A DNA stretch of 61,860 nucleotides, filler included, from Sphacelaria rigidula (taxonomy: Eukaryota): the NCBI GenBank assembly GCA_964200075.2. It is 9 parts of 9 records of this genome, joined end to end, with 100 filler letters (N's around TTAATTAATTAA, not from the genome) between each part and the next. Parts side by side here need not be neighbours in the genome. Positions count along the whole stretch, not along the records: positions 6,886 to 13,670 come from CAXNAA020018094.1; positions 13,771 to 20,555 come from CAXNAA020018095.1; positions 20,656 to 27,440 come from CAXNAA020018096.1; 6 more parts are not named here. One strand, 5' to 3'. Positions 10,334-22,946 of the stretch are shown here, one piece after another. A program made the translations under genes and the position numbers. The notes beneath the pieces were generated by a model, which was given only the letters and a program-made list of their open reading frames with translations, was not told the DNA's origin and searched no databases. Position 1 is the first letter of the stretch; each line of letters starts with the position of its first letter.

Positions 10334-11994
10334 CTACAGATGAACAACAAAAAGGCGGTTTTCAACAAATGTAAACTCGAAGGTGCTGATCAGTGTTGCG
10401 CCAGAAAAAAAAGAAAAAAAATCAATTTGTGCCGATTTTCGCCTTCAAGAGTCATTGTATAAATTATCAGCTCGAATCATCCGCAACGTAGGTGTAGTCC
10501 CACGAGCGAGGTGTCCCTGAGGGAGGATCTACGGCCCAACACGCGGCTTATCTAAAAAGCCATGTTCAAGGCTGGATCGTCGGCACAAGTTCCAGGCTGA
10601 GGACACCACCATGTCCCGCGTTAGGTGGTGTGCATGGTGTTGCTCGGTACGGGTGTCTTGCGGGCCCGATGGTACGATGATAAGTGGCGACCTCGCTTCG
10701 CGCTCCAGCGCATTTACACGCCTAGGGCGTAGTAAATGGAGTGTGCAATCCGCCTGAGAAAGAAGAATCTCAATTGCTTTCGAATAAAACGAGAACGCCG
10801 CGATCGTTTGCATCCATGTCTGTCGGCGCAGCTGATGGATTAAAAAAATGAAAAACTCCGTCATTACTACAATGAAGTACAGGATGATCCGCGGATGCAA
10901 TGTACGGCCTACAGACGGTACCCGTACCGTAGTACTGCGTAACCGCATCCGATACGCGGCGGAACCAGGGCGTAACCCCATCTCATGTTCATTTGGGTAC
11001 GTCGCTGCGGTAAACTCCCAGTTTCCAGTGCAACTTTGCTTGTGGATTTCTCGCCTGCGACTGCGCGTTCCATCATGAAACTTTGCACACCAGTCGGACA
11101 CAACATATACGGCGTATGCGCGAAGCATCCCCGCGATTGGGCCTCAGACTTTTCTACAACATGGCCACAAGCGATTTCGGGGAATGACGTCCATACGCCC
11201 TCAAATTGGCTTTACAGCAGCCCAGACTTTGTGCACTACAGGCGAATGCATATGTGCACGCGCAGATGCACAAAGTTAGACATGTTGACCGTCTCGGCGG
11301 CCGACGTGGTATCAAACTGACACCGGTCTGTACTGCGAACCTTTCTGGGTCATGGCCACATGTCGTGTACCGATCGGCTTGTAGTCTGTAGAGCTGCGCA
11401 GTTCATGACGCACGGCCCTACGCGCGCTGTAGCCGCTGCGAGGCGCTGAAACTTGGCTTATATGCTGTGCAAACCACAGTTAACAATTCCACGTCGCTAT
11501 ATCCGGGTGCTGTGCGCTGCAGCAGTGCGAACTAGAGGGAAAAGCGGTGAGATCATGTTCCGTAATATATAAATATATATATATATATATATATCTTCAG
11601 GCGCAGCACTGTGATTACTATTCGTGCGTAAAATAGGTGCAAAACGAAAAATTCCGTTCTTGGAAACTTCTGCGCGGATGATTTCTTGCTGCCGAGGGTG
11701 TGTGTGACATTTCACCACTTCCTTGCTGAAATTAGGTATGTTCAAAATTGTAAGCATGTTTACACATACATGGCTATACCGGAATGAATCGGTTTTGAAA
11801 ATGTTCGACGTGGTGTCACCGTCACGTGTCAAGATTTTCTCACGAAACGGCGGGAGAACATACAAGGGGAGGACGACAATCACACCACGAGGTTTCTGTC
11901 TCACCTACAAGAGGCGAGTAAAATGCACAGAGAAGTGTAATGGCCGGCGAGAGGTGAGTATGTGAAAATAGTGCAAACCACTTGCTGAGCTCAC

Positions 11995-12135
11995 CGTTAG
12001 TATCAACGAGCTGTTCCTTGGGCAGCGCGTCGACGTTGAACTCGTGTACGACTCCCTCACAGGCCACCAGTGTGCTCTCCGCTCCCTGGGTGAACACTAC
12101 CACGCGTGCTCGGGTGCCAGAGGCCTTGGGCATAG
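11995..12135 (-). CDS. ADK: Adenosine kinase, penultimate exon (AMPKASGTRARVVVFTQG...LVDTN)
   Basis: Typical ADK sequence, TAG acceptor and GTGAG donor, phases match neighbouring exons. Confidence 0.92.
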
Positions 12136-13055
12136 CTACGATTTATCAAGGCACAAACAAAACAAGAGCCGAACGAACACGCGGCAGAAATATGAAAATG
12201 CCAAGCTGCCACGGGCAACATCTCAGCGCCCGCTCAGATTGTACCCAGACAATAATCCCGTAGCACCATAAATTCGTAATATATCGTGCAGGCGGGGCGT
12301 TCGTGTCGATACATCATAGGGGTACATGGGGCGCAACATGAATATTTGAAAATGAGAGCTACAAGTACACCGGGAGGAAGTACATCTTAGGACCAACAAC
12401 GACTGCAGCGGTCGGCGCGAGACTCTCCATGCTTCAGCTATCTCGACCGTACTGTAGTGGACAATGCCAAATGTCATTGCAGCATACGATCCTACATACG
12501 ATGGTTGCAGGTTTCAGTTTCGTGCGGAAATACTCGCAAGTCTTTCGTGATACGTGTGAATGCGTGCAACTAAAATCTCGTTTTGGAATAATTCATTTCC
12601 TAGGTGGTACTGTACGTCAAAATGACCAGGGCGCAGTAACACGAGCCACCCCGCCATCCATGCGTTACGTTTGTTTGCGGTAGAAAAGCGATACGATGCT
12701 GTTGGGCAGTGACTTCTTTAATCCCGTGTCGTATCAAAAAGGTCTCTTGGCAAAACTCGGGGGAATACAAGGCGCTGTGCTGGGCCACAAGGAACGACAA
12801 ACAGTGAGACAAACAAAACAAAACGGAACGCAACAAACACGGAAAGTACGTCCAGTACATTATATACGCAGTAGGATAAGGTGAGGGTTTGGGGTGGAGT
12901 TTTTGAGGCTGTTCAAGTTTTTTGAAACAAGTGGGAGACAACAGGTTGTAATCGCACAAGACAAGAAAAACGAATATGTATTAGTGCATTCTTGTTTAGG
13001 TTCGGATCTGTACAGGGCCACTCGCGCCATGACGTCGACGCATTTCTCCTCGTAC

Positions 13056-13227
13056 CTGCGAGCTTGAGGGCGACCGTGGCCACATCCGTACCCCATCCTT
13101 GCTTCTCGCCGAATGCGGCGGCCTCCGACTCATTGCCGAACACGTAGTCGCAGTAAGGGAGGACCGCCGCCAGCTGCTCCCCGAAAAACTGCACTAGGAA
13201 AGGGGCCGAGAGGTTCATCGCAAGTAC
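13056..13227 (-). CDS. ADK: Adenosine kinase, internal exon (VLAMNLSAPFLVQFF...YVFGNESEAAAF); upstream exons outside the contig
   Basis: NLSAPF and FGNExEA motifs of eukaryotic ADK, CAG acceptor, GTACG donor. Confidence 0.92.
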
Positions 13228-13770
13228 CTGCCCATTTCCGTTGACAAGAGTAGACAGGTCGAACAACAAAAAAGCAAAAGCATCAGCTAAACAGGAATAA
13301 ATAAATGATGAAAGATGATGCATATGCGCATGAACTAATCTCACAGCGGATCCACGCCGCGGCCAAAGGGGCCGGTGGCTACACAAGGCACACCGGCACT
13401 GCTACCTTGTCGTTGCGACCCTTTTATCTCGAAACCTCCGAGGAAAAGTCGAAAATCGACTGCCGAGTGTCAAGAGCTGAAAGCAAGGAGGAGAACACGA
13501 CGACATATTATAGTGCAATAGACAAACAATGAAATCGGGTGTTGTGGGACGGGGATGGGCGGTGAAAAAAGGGACGAGGGGGGGGGGGGGGGGGATTTGT
13601 AAAAGGGGGGGAGAAACACCAAGCAGAAAAGGGGTGGAGTCGAAATGGGACGGCGTGATGGAAAAAGCGTNNNNNNNNNNNNNNNNNNNNNNNNNNNNNN
13701 NNNNNNNNNNNNNNTTAATTAATTAANNNNNNNNNNNNNNNNNNNNNNNNNNNNNNNNNNNNNNNNNNNN

Positions 13771-16700
13771 GCTACTGGTTCCAGAGCCACAAAATTGCTC
13801 AAATCATCCATGATGACCAAAATGTATCGGAACCCAGCATCCTCCGACAAACCTTGGGAAGCTAGCGGGCCACTCTCGCCCACGTGCAAGAAGTCAAAAT
13901 GAACGACTTCATTCGGCGTGGTCCCATGGACCGTTTCACCGAGCGGGCGGGGAACAACATCGCCCGCCCTCGAGTCAGCACAGTGAAGACACTGGCGGAT
14001 AAATTCGCGCATATTTGTTTCTATCCCCTTCCAGACACAAAACTCATTCAAGCGCACGAGCGTCGCATCCACACCTCGATGCCCGGCATCGCGCATTTGC
14101 GCACAAATCATCAAACGTACCCGCAACTGCTTGTCAGAACTCGGAATCCACAAAACGTTTCGGTCACGCACATGCACACGAAACAGACCTTAATTGTCCA
14201 AGATAGCAGTACCAACGTCTGACTCGAAACATTGCACATCCGCTTCGTCGGCCCCAAGGTCTTTTCGTTGCGCTTGGCGGACAACAGATTTGGACGACAT
14301 CGAGTCATCAGGTTCGCACGGACCATATACAGCTACAGCGCGCGCAGGCAAAGTGGGAATATCCACCCAGCGCGATAGCAAGTCACCCCACGCGTTACGC
14401 TCACCCGAAATATGACAAATCGTGTACCGATACTGTCTTCATACTCCTTCCCACCCCTCCAATCGCTGTGCTAACGCCTTCTACACAGACGTCACGCATG
14501 CCTCCGGGTTGAAAATGTGCGCTAGATTTCGGTGATCCGTGAACATGTGTACGCCATTCCACAATAGATGCTCGAGACGACAAAAAGTGCTCACGATAGC
14601 GAAACCTTCTTTGTCAGTGGTTGCCCAACGCATCTGTGAACCCTAGAAATTACCACTCAGAAAAGCCAGCGGTTCATGTGTCATGTTTTCAACCGGCAAC
14701 CGTTGTTGCATTTCTGCATTAGGCACCTGCGTGACAAAGCTACCCCAATGACAGTCGGATGCATCCGGAAACATCAGCACCTGGCAACCGAGGCGGGGAT
14801 GGAACAGCGTCACGGCGTGAGCCACCAGATCCTTCGCTGCCGCCCATGCCTGCAGCCTGTCCTCCGTCCACGAGGCGGGTGGAATAGCACGATTTTTTGC
14901 CACCCGCTTCGTGCGCCTGGCTGCCCCCACCATGAGTCCCTCTAGAAAACCGCGTAAGGGTGCCACTACTTCAGCCATACGTGGCAACGAGGTACGCAAC
15001 CAGTTTATTGCGTGCAGGAGTTGAATTAGTTCTGCGGCTGTTTCTGGAATCCACATGTCAGACAAACCTTGCGAGCGGACCGGGTCATGCGAGACGCGGC
15101 CGTGTGAGTGTACTTCACCACGCCACACTAGTTCACTAGCAAAAAGGGTACACTTGTGGGCAGCTGCAATCAGACCAACACTCTCTAAGCGAGCCAAGAT
15201 TGCATCAAGCGTATCCAACAGTTCGCCTTCCGTATCCGCGAAAAAAAAGGTATCATCCATCCAAATCTTGCATATCAAGCCATCTAAAAGGTCTACCATT
15301 GAGTCATGCTACGATAGGGGAGGGGGGTACTTTGGGCCGTTTCCTTCCACGAAATTCTGCTTGAAATCGTCGTTAATAGTAGCAACTGTTGTCCAAATGC
15401 GCTTGCTTCCGATAAATAACGCTCACTCATACCTCTTGACACCGCTGGTACCCGAATACAAGCGCAACGCGAGTGTATTAGGTAGTCTAAGGCACTTATT
15501 AGCCCATTTTTTCGTGGAATCGAACAACCCCCCCCCCTATCGTAGCACGATTCCATCACACCTTGAAAATAGGAAGGATCATTCAACACGCCTTGCGGTA
15601 CTCTTCGCGGGGTAAACATGCCAAACGAGTCGTGATTGTGAACATCTCTTGCGCCTCTTCGGCCAACGGCATCTGCCAGTACCCCTGTAGGAGGTCCAAC
15701 TTACCGAAACATCGCGCACTCGACAGGTCTATCATGTCGGATTCTTGATTAGGCGTGACACCCGGCGACTTCTCCACCTGATTATTGATGGCTCCGTAAT
15801 CGCTAAGAAGACGGAAAGAGTCCTTCTTCGGCACCGCCATCGCTGGAATGGACCACACCGCTTGTAGATTCCTGAACACCAACCCAAACGCCACAAGAGC
15901 TCCCATGCAAGAAGCTAGCCAACTGGACTTCACCGGATCATACCTCCTCGGTTTTGGCTTCACCGCGGCCGCCCCTGGCTTCATTGTAACCCTCATGGGT
16001 TCCACGCGCGCAGGGTGATCACCCCTCAGCGCACGACGAAACGCGGTAACGTGGCTATACAGTATGCCACGCAAGCGCTCCGCTTTTGAGACTCCGAGGC
16101 CATTTTCCACCGCATCCGTCACGCTTTCCTCGAGCGCAGCCTTTCGCGCGGACTCTGCTTCCGCCGGCTCCATAAACATATCGGGGCCGCGCTCCACCAA
16201 GCATTCCACCGCCTCATCACGCTCCTCGGACACATCCCCCCCCGCCTCCTGGAGAGCATCAACCGACAAGCTCACTCTGCGACTGGCCAAAAAAGCAGGC
16301 GTCTCGACACTTGATCCGGGCGACGGCATTTGCGTTTTTAGGAACTCCAACAACCGATCATACGGATCGACTCCGAGTCCCCGAAGCGTTGGTACGACCA
16401 GCAGAACGACATCATCCGTCCCCGGCATGATCGCAAACGATATTGGGGGTAATTTTGCTTGCCCCCAAGTAGTCAGGAACGCCAACTGTAGGGGAATCGT
16501 ACGCTCCGTCACATTTATACGTTGCCCCGATGCGGTGATGGCCTGCCGCGCCCCAAGCGAGAACGGAATTCGGATTTTCTCACCGAGGAGTAGACGCTCC
16601 AGCATCTCCACAATTAGCACCGACATGCTCGTGAAGTGGGCGCCTGGATCCAACACCGCTTTGACCGATATAGCTCCTCGCGCCCGTTGATCGGGCAGAT

Positions 16701-17016
16701 ATAACTCGGCAGGGACATAATTGTCTTGGTCCTCGACCGGCACCTGCTCTGCCGACTGATTGTTCGTAATCCCCACTTGGCGCCACGGCTGCGCGCGCGG
16801 CGCAGGCAGAGACGCCCCCGCTGGGGTCACCGGCACCGCCGGCGGGTACGAAGCCCCGCCCGCAGAACCAAAATGCAGCGGTATCCCGGCCGACGCAGCA
16901 GCCGATCCAAATTGAAGCTGAAAACCGGCCGGCTCCGCAGCCGGCGGCTCGCCTTGCTCTGCTGCCGGCGGCGCCGGCACCGAGCCCGACACGAGAGAGG
17001 TCGGTCCCACCTGCAC
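13771..17016 (-). pseudogene. pol: Gypsy B pol
   Basis: ORFs 15583-17016, 14643-15299 and 13771-14177 with frameshifts and a MITE insertion. Confidence 0.9.
15301..15553. mobile_element. 253-bp MITE (GAGT-ended, Sola-like) in Gypsy B RT
   Basis: TIR gagtcatgctacgatagggagggggg / ccccccccctatcgtagcacgattc, 4-bp TSD CATT/CATC. Removing it restores YFQGVM-VDLLDG. Confidence 0.85.
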
Positions 17017-17089
17017 CGCCCGTTGCGGAGCAGCAGCCCCTGCAGCTGAACCGAACCCAGAACCGGACCCCTGCCGACGCCGCTGCCCC

Positions 17090-17099
<10 letters not shown>

Positions 17100-17121
<22 letters not shown>

Positions 17122-18077
17122 TTGCTGCTGCTGGGAAGTCGACTATGCACCTCCACCGCCGGAGGATCCGCCGCCGCCGCCACCACGACTACCTCGTCCT
17201 TTGCCCTTGTGAGGGCGCGCTGCACTCGTCTGCCCAGACTCCCCTTCAGAAGGCGTTGGGCACTTCCGTGCGATGTGACCGACCTGGCCACACTGAAAAC
17301 AAGTAATATGGGAGGCGAGACTGCCTGCGGATTGTGATCCGTGGTTACGCGAGCTCGAAGACTGCGGCGACGAAGTGGATGCTTTTCCGAATACTTCGAC
17401 GCGCCGCCATGCCTGAGCCTCAGCCACCACGGTATCCATGACTAAATCCGGGTCCGACTTCCAATTTTTTTCGTGCTGTAACTGTACAAGCACGGCCTGC
17501 TTAAATTCCGCCGGTGCCAGACCCTCCACCATCGCTTTGGTGACCCCCGCAGCGGGCTCTGGGCGAAATTTCCCATCGGACGAACGATAAATCATCTTTA
17601 CGTTGGGATTTTCCGCAAAATACGTTTCCAACTTACCGATTTTGGGCTCCACCTTCTCACGCATGGTCCTCCCCTTGTGGTTCATTGCGACAGCGTCACG
17701 GCCGCGGACGCCTGAGTAAGCTCTACCTCCGCGCCTGCCGCATACCCTGCGTGCTTCTTTATCGCTGCGGCCAACTGCAGCGGCGTTATGGTATGCTTTC
17801 CACGGAACCGTCTCGCGAAGACGCGTTGCAAGGGTGTTGGCACTAATTGCGCCATCAAAACCACCTGATGTCTCACCGCACCCCCTGAATTCGCATGCTC
17901 CACCCTCCTTTTGTATTCCATGTATCTCGTGTAAAACGAACGAGAGACACCCTCAGAATATATAATTCCGTAACCGGGCGGCCGCAACGTTTCCCTCAGA
18001 ACGACTGGCGTTACAGTCGTTTCTGCTGGCTCTATTGTCGGTACCTCCATAGTCGACATTCTTGAGCATAAATTCAA
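17100..18077 (-). pseudogene. gag: Gypsy B gag (frameshifted)
   Basis: ORFs 17682-18077 and 17143-17685 are homologous to Gypsy A gag, with zinc knuckle and CAG/poly-Gln tract. Confidence 0.85.
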
Positions 18078-18368
18078 GATTTCTCAACCCTTCTGGAACT
18101 TAAGCTCACACCTGCTTGCTTCGCCTCTCCAACACAGCCCTGGGGTCGTATAAACACCTGCTGTACGCAGCTCCAGCAAGTCTCCAGTCTGGATCAATCA
18201 CGGGCCAGTCGCCTTTTCAGCTACCTCAGCTTGAAGCCTCCTCACGCGTCCGTGAAGCTCTATGCCCGAAGCTAATCACTAGTTGTCCAGACTCTCCCTG
18301 CTTAAATTTTCAGCAGTCTCAAACGAAAGAATCTACTAGCACGCTAGCACTGGCACTAATATCGATAT

Positions 18369-18618
18369 TGTGACACTAGCAGGTTTGCTAATACTGCAGG
18401 GTCTAAGTGCTGTTGAGGGACTCCCCAGCTCCACTGGCCTCAAGGTCTCAGTTGTCAGCCTTTTCAACACCTTATCATTTTTCGGAGTAAACATCTACAT
18501 CCCCGTGCCACAAGCCTGGGCTCCACAGCAAGGGTCATCATCCACAGGATACCCTTGTCCCCTGGTCATCATCCAGGATCCACTATGTACTCAACCGTGA
18601 CGGCGTGATTTCGCCACA
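18369..18618 (-). repeat. 5' LTR of Gypsy B (250 bp)
   Basis: Element strand reads TGTGGCG...TGTCACA and shares ggatcctggat and cccttgctgt motifs with LTR A. Confidence 0.65.
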
Positions 18619-18622
18619 GATC

Positions 18623-19240
18623 CAAGGGCAGATCGAGTAGAGTATATTCAATACTCAATATTTTCGAGGAGTCATACTTTTAGTACTCGATTTTTGAGCA
18701 GGGTATTTAAGGTCGTACTCAATCTGCTCAAATTTTTGAGTTGAGTCTTTGAGATCATACTCAGTCTACTCAAAACTTGAGTAGAGTATTGAGGTCATAC
18801 TCTAGTGATACCCCATACTGTAGTATTACTGAATGTGCTTTTTCAATATTTGAGTCGAGAATTTGAGGTCGTGCTCGATCTACTCAAATTGTTGAGTAGA
18901 TTATTTGAGGCCATACTCACCCTACTCAGAATTTGAGTAGAATATTTTAGGCCATACTTGACCTACTCGAAATTTAAGTAGAGTGTTGAGGTCATGCCCA
19001 AGTAATACTCTATCATACTCAAGTATTATTGAGGGTGCTTACTCAATATTTGAGTAGAGTATTGAAGTTTGTGCTCGATCTACTGTTTTTTTTTTAGTAG
19101 AGCATTTCAAATTCTGAGGCTGTACTCGATCTACTCAAAATTTGAGTAGATTATTTGAGGCCGTACCCGACTTACTCAAAACTTGAGTAGAGTATTTATC
19201 TGCGGTCATACCCAATCTACCCAAACGATAGGTAGAGTAT
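18623..19240 (+). mobile_element. Second, degenerate copy of the hAT GAGTA-repeat MITE
   Basis: Starts caagggcagatcgagtagagta and is colinear with 7962-8575; right TIR missing. Confidence 0.8.
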
Positions 19241-19479
19241 CGGAGGCCGGACTTGATGTACCGAAAGCCTATAAACTCAACTTCGGTATTTAAGTTCGTA
19301 CGCAAGATACTCAAACTCGGGTGGAGGAAATACCGGGGTATTCCCAGAGTTATCCACCTGCGATTAGTGCTCATTCAAGATCAAACTTTAGCGAACATTC
19401 GGATACAATATTTTCGAGAAAGCACTTGGAGCAGAACCAAATGGTACAAAGCTACAGGCTGGTTCACGTTGATCACCGA

Positions 19480-20450
19480 AAAAACACTCATCGGCAAAAC
19501 CTCACGCCGTTTCAAAGAGCTAGACCCTGAAATTTTGCACGAATGTCCTATGGGTAATTACGCAACTTCCGATTTTGTTTTCTACTTTTTCACTTTTTCA
19601 TCGTTTTTCGGGGGTCCCAGTTTTTGGAGGAAATCTCGACCCAATCGGACCCAAGTAAAACGGTAACAAAAAAAAAAACATTCATCCAGAGTTGCGTAAC
19701 AACCCGAAGCACAGTTGTACAAAATGTCAGGGCCTAACTCCTCAAAACGGCGTGAGGTCTTTCGCTCTTGTGCGATGAAGTTTGCCGTAACGCGGTGAAA
19801 CCGCAAACTACTTGATTTTAGTATTAAAACGGCGTTTTTGGGCCTTCTCTGACGTGAACATGGAAATTCAAGCATAAGTTGATCGATTTTCGCGACGAAA
19901 CTTTGTGGAGCCCATCCAAGGGTTATGCGAAGGCAGATAGTTCGCGAAAGAATGAAAAAAATATCGTAGTGCTACTTTTCTGGGGTCCCAGAATGGAAAC
20001 TACTTCGACAACCGACTTCGATCCCGTCGCACCCCCGAAAAACGGTGAAAAACTCAAGAAAAAAATCGTCCGTAGAAAGTTACGTAAATATACATAGCAT
20101 GTATATATGCAAAATTTCAGGATCTAAGTTCCAATGACAGCGTGAAAGTTTGCGCGTTTGAGGAGAACGTGGGCTTGAAACGTGCAACTCCTGACTACTT
20201 GATTTTAGTATGAAAACGTCTTTCGGGGTGAATTTGACGTCAGGGCAAGAAAAACTGTATGAGGTTTTCGAGCTTCTCCACCAACTTTGTACATGTCTTC
20301 CTTGGACTCTCCCGGGACGCATCGTTTCATTATTTTACTTTTAGGTCATTCTGTACCGCATTCCGGGGGTCTTCATGCTGGGACCCCCGGAAGCCGGTAG
20401 AGAACGGAGAAACCATGATGTGTTGTCATGAAAAGAATTTTTCCATTTGG
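19480..20450. repeat. Degenerate dispersed repeat built of inverted and direct subunits
   Basis: 19495-19580 is inverted at 19690-19762, and the latter is repeated directly at ~20075-20230. Confidence 0.5.
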
Positions 20451-20793
20451 AGAATCAATACCTACGGAACTGCAGAGTTTGAGGGTGATCTGAGCTTTTC
20501 TACAACAGATATAGGGGACACCGTCACGAGGCTCCCTGAGTCTCTCGTGTGCCTCNNNNNNNNNNNNNNNNNNNNNNNNNNNNNNNNNNNNNNNNNNNNT
20601 TAATTAATTAANNNNNNNNNNNNNNNNNNNNNNNNNNNNNNNNNNNNNNNNNNNNGCGGGGCGGGGGGGGGGGGCTGCCGGTGGCGTCGGCCTGCGGTGC
20701 CGGCTACCCGCGCGCCGCAGGGGGTGGGGCGGGGGGGGGGGGGGGGGGGGGGGGGGGGGCTTATAGCTCGTAGCTTGCTGAGCGAGAGGCCAA

Positions 20794-20854
20794 AGGCTGC
20801 AATGCCCTCTGTCCAGAGGCTACAATGCCCTCTGTCCAGAGGCTACAATGCCCT
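20794..20854 (+). repeat. 23-bp tandem repeat, ~2.7 copies
   Basis: aggct(g/a)caatgccctctgtccag. Confidence 0.8.
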
Positions 20855-21209
20855 ACTGCTGTATCATGTATCATGAGTATGGTGGCATTTGTCGTTTCCG
20901 TACGTGGGTTAGGGTGTAGGTGTGTGTGCAGGTTGTGGCCTTCAAACTCAATGACTGAGGAAAAAGCTTTGTTTTTTAATCAAGAATAACATCAAAGCTT
21001 CGAATGCCCAACTCGTCATCTTGTCTTCATGCTAAAGTAGAAGGCGCGCCTCGTGAGGGGATACTGCCGCAACGCCACAACAAGGACAGGAATAAGGCGC
21101 ATAAAGCGCGCCTAATTTGCGCTAAAAACGCTCAAGGTAGGGCTTAGCAGTTTTTGAAAAGCTTATAGAAAAAAACAGAAGCTTCATTTCAAGAAAAACA
21201 AGCGCAGAC

Positions 21210-22946
21210 GGAACTAGAGCTTACATCATGTCGTGGATGAGCCAGGTGCTCACTTTTCGCGGTATATTTTCGTGTCTGTGTACCGAGTATGCGTACACAG
21301 CGGTCTGCTACATTCGCATGCACGACTAGCATTACACGGTGCCCGCATCTGCCGCCCTCACATGTTGGGCACATGGCATATGGCTCAAATGTTCGAGGTT
21401 AGTGTATCGTGCCGGCTATGCAGTACCATTCTGTACGGCACGGCTCACTGCTTACCCCCTGTGTTCTGCGCGCATGCGTACTGTACTGTCTCACGTTCTA
21501 GACTATCTGTATTTCTATATTGAACCTTCAGACAAGGCCAGAAGCTCGCCTGTTGTAGCCCTGGCACCTCGATCTCTCCAAGTACAGCGTTAGGATTCTT
21601 AGGATCAAAATTAGGCTTGGCCAATGTCTTGAACTGCCCTGTAGGCCGCTCCATCGTAACACCGGCTAACCCTCCACCTCTCCGTCGTCGAGTCTGCGTG
21701 CGTTCAGACCGCAGTGTATCATGGCAAAAGGGGATACTAGGAGGACTCCTTTCTTCCAGCAATTTGAAATCAATATTCGTGAGTTTCGAAGGAATAAAGA
21801 ACGTTGACACGGGCTGTGGTATGCCCAGGAGGCATGTCAAGGTCGCAATCAGCACGCAGAGTTGACCCATAGCTTGCCGACAGTGCTATCTTGGCACGCA
21901 CATGAAGAGTGCGCAGGTTGATTGGTTCAGGGTAGAACTAGTTCTAATTTCCCAGACAACAAGAAACTAGTTGTGTACGAGTATTCGATTTGGAGAAACT
22001 GGTTTCTGGTGTCTGGTGTCTGGTGCAAAGGGTATGACTCTAGCAGCTAGATGCCCAGTACGAATGTACCGCGCAGACACAACAACAACAACAACAACAA
22101 CAACAATAACGACAACAGCTAGAGTCATACCCTTTGGTCTGGTGTCTGTTTCGGGTTTCTGATTTCTGGTTTCTCGATAGATTAGAACTAGTTCTTCCCC
22201 GAACCAATTAGGCCCTACCCACCATTCATGTGTGCCCCAGTGTGCGAAGATACTGAACTGTACTGTTGTAGACCATCGGCAAGCTATAGGTCAACCCTGT
22301 GTGCTGATTGCGACCTTGACATACCTCCTGGGCATATCATAGTCCGTGTCAACGTTTATCCTTCCTTCTAAACTCACGAATGTTTTATTTTAAATTGCTG
22401 GAAGAAGTCCTGGCGTTCACTTTCGCTATGGTGAGACTGCGGTCTAAAGGCACACAGGCCCGACGTCTACGGAGTTGTGGAGGGTTCGCCGGTGTTACGA
22501 TGGCGCGGCCTACATGGCAGATCAAGACATTGGCCTAGCCAGCGTTTGATCCTGAGGATTCTAACGCTGCAGTTGGAGAGATCGAGGTGCCAGGGGTATA
22601 ACAGGCGAGCTTCCGACCTTGTTCAGGGTACAAGATGGATGTGCGGATAGAACCTGAGACTAGGCATACGCGCAGAACACCGCGGGTAAGCAGCGAGCAG
22701 CGAGCAGTACTACAGAATGGGACTGCATAGCCGGCATGATGCACCAAACCTTGAACCTTGCAGTCATGTATCCAACATGTGAGGGCGGCAGATGCGGGCA
22801 CCGCACCGTCCAACGGTTGTAATGCTTGTGGTGCACGGGAATGTAGCAGACCGCTGTGTACGTCTACATGGTATACCGTTATGGCACAAGGAAATATACC
22901 GCGAAAAAGTAAACACCTGACTCGTCCACCACGTGAACTAACTTCC
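21210..22946. mobile_element. ~1.7-kb imperfect palindrome (foldback element), ~730-bp arms
   Basis: 21210-21947 is reverse-complementary to 22181-22946 throughout (e.g. ggcatgtcaaggtcgcaatcagcac / gtgctgattgcgaccttgacatacc). Inner stem 22026-22047/22117-22136 surrounds an (ACA)n tract. Confidence 0.8.

Larger units (their letters stand above)
13771..18618 (-). mobile_element. Ty3/Gypsy LTR retrotransposon B, decayed, same lineage as A, truncated in the integrase core
   Basis: LTR, gag (CFQCGQVGHIARKC), protease (VLDPGA), RT (KLDLLQGYWQ, WMDD), RNase H (DASDCHWG), integrase zinc finger (GHRG...CLHC) and core (VVHFDF). Confidence 0.94.

Noticed and set aside
12913-13386. 157-aa ORF as a complete protein
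   Set aside because: Only 13056-13227 is ADK exon; the rest is intron read-through.
20656-20760. G-quadruplex element
   Set aside because: Poly-G at a contig edge (like poly-C at 55077-55175) is probably low-quality sequence.
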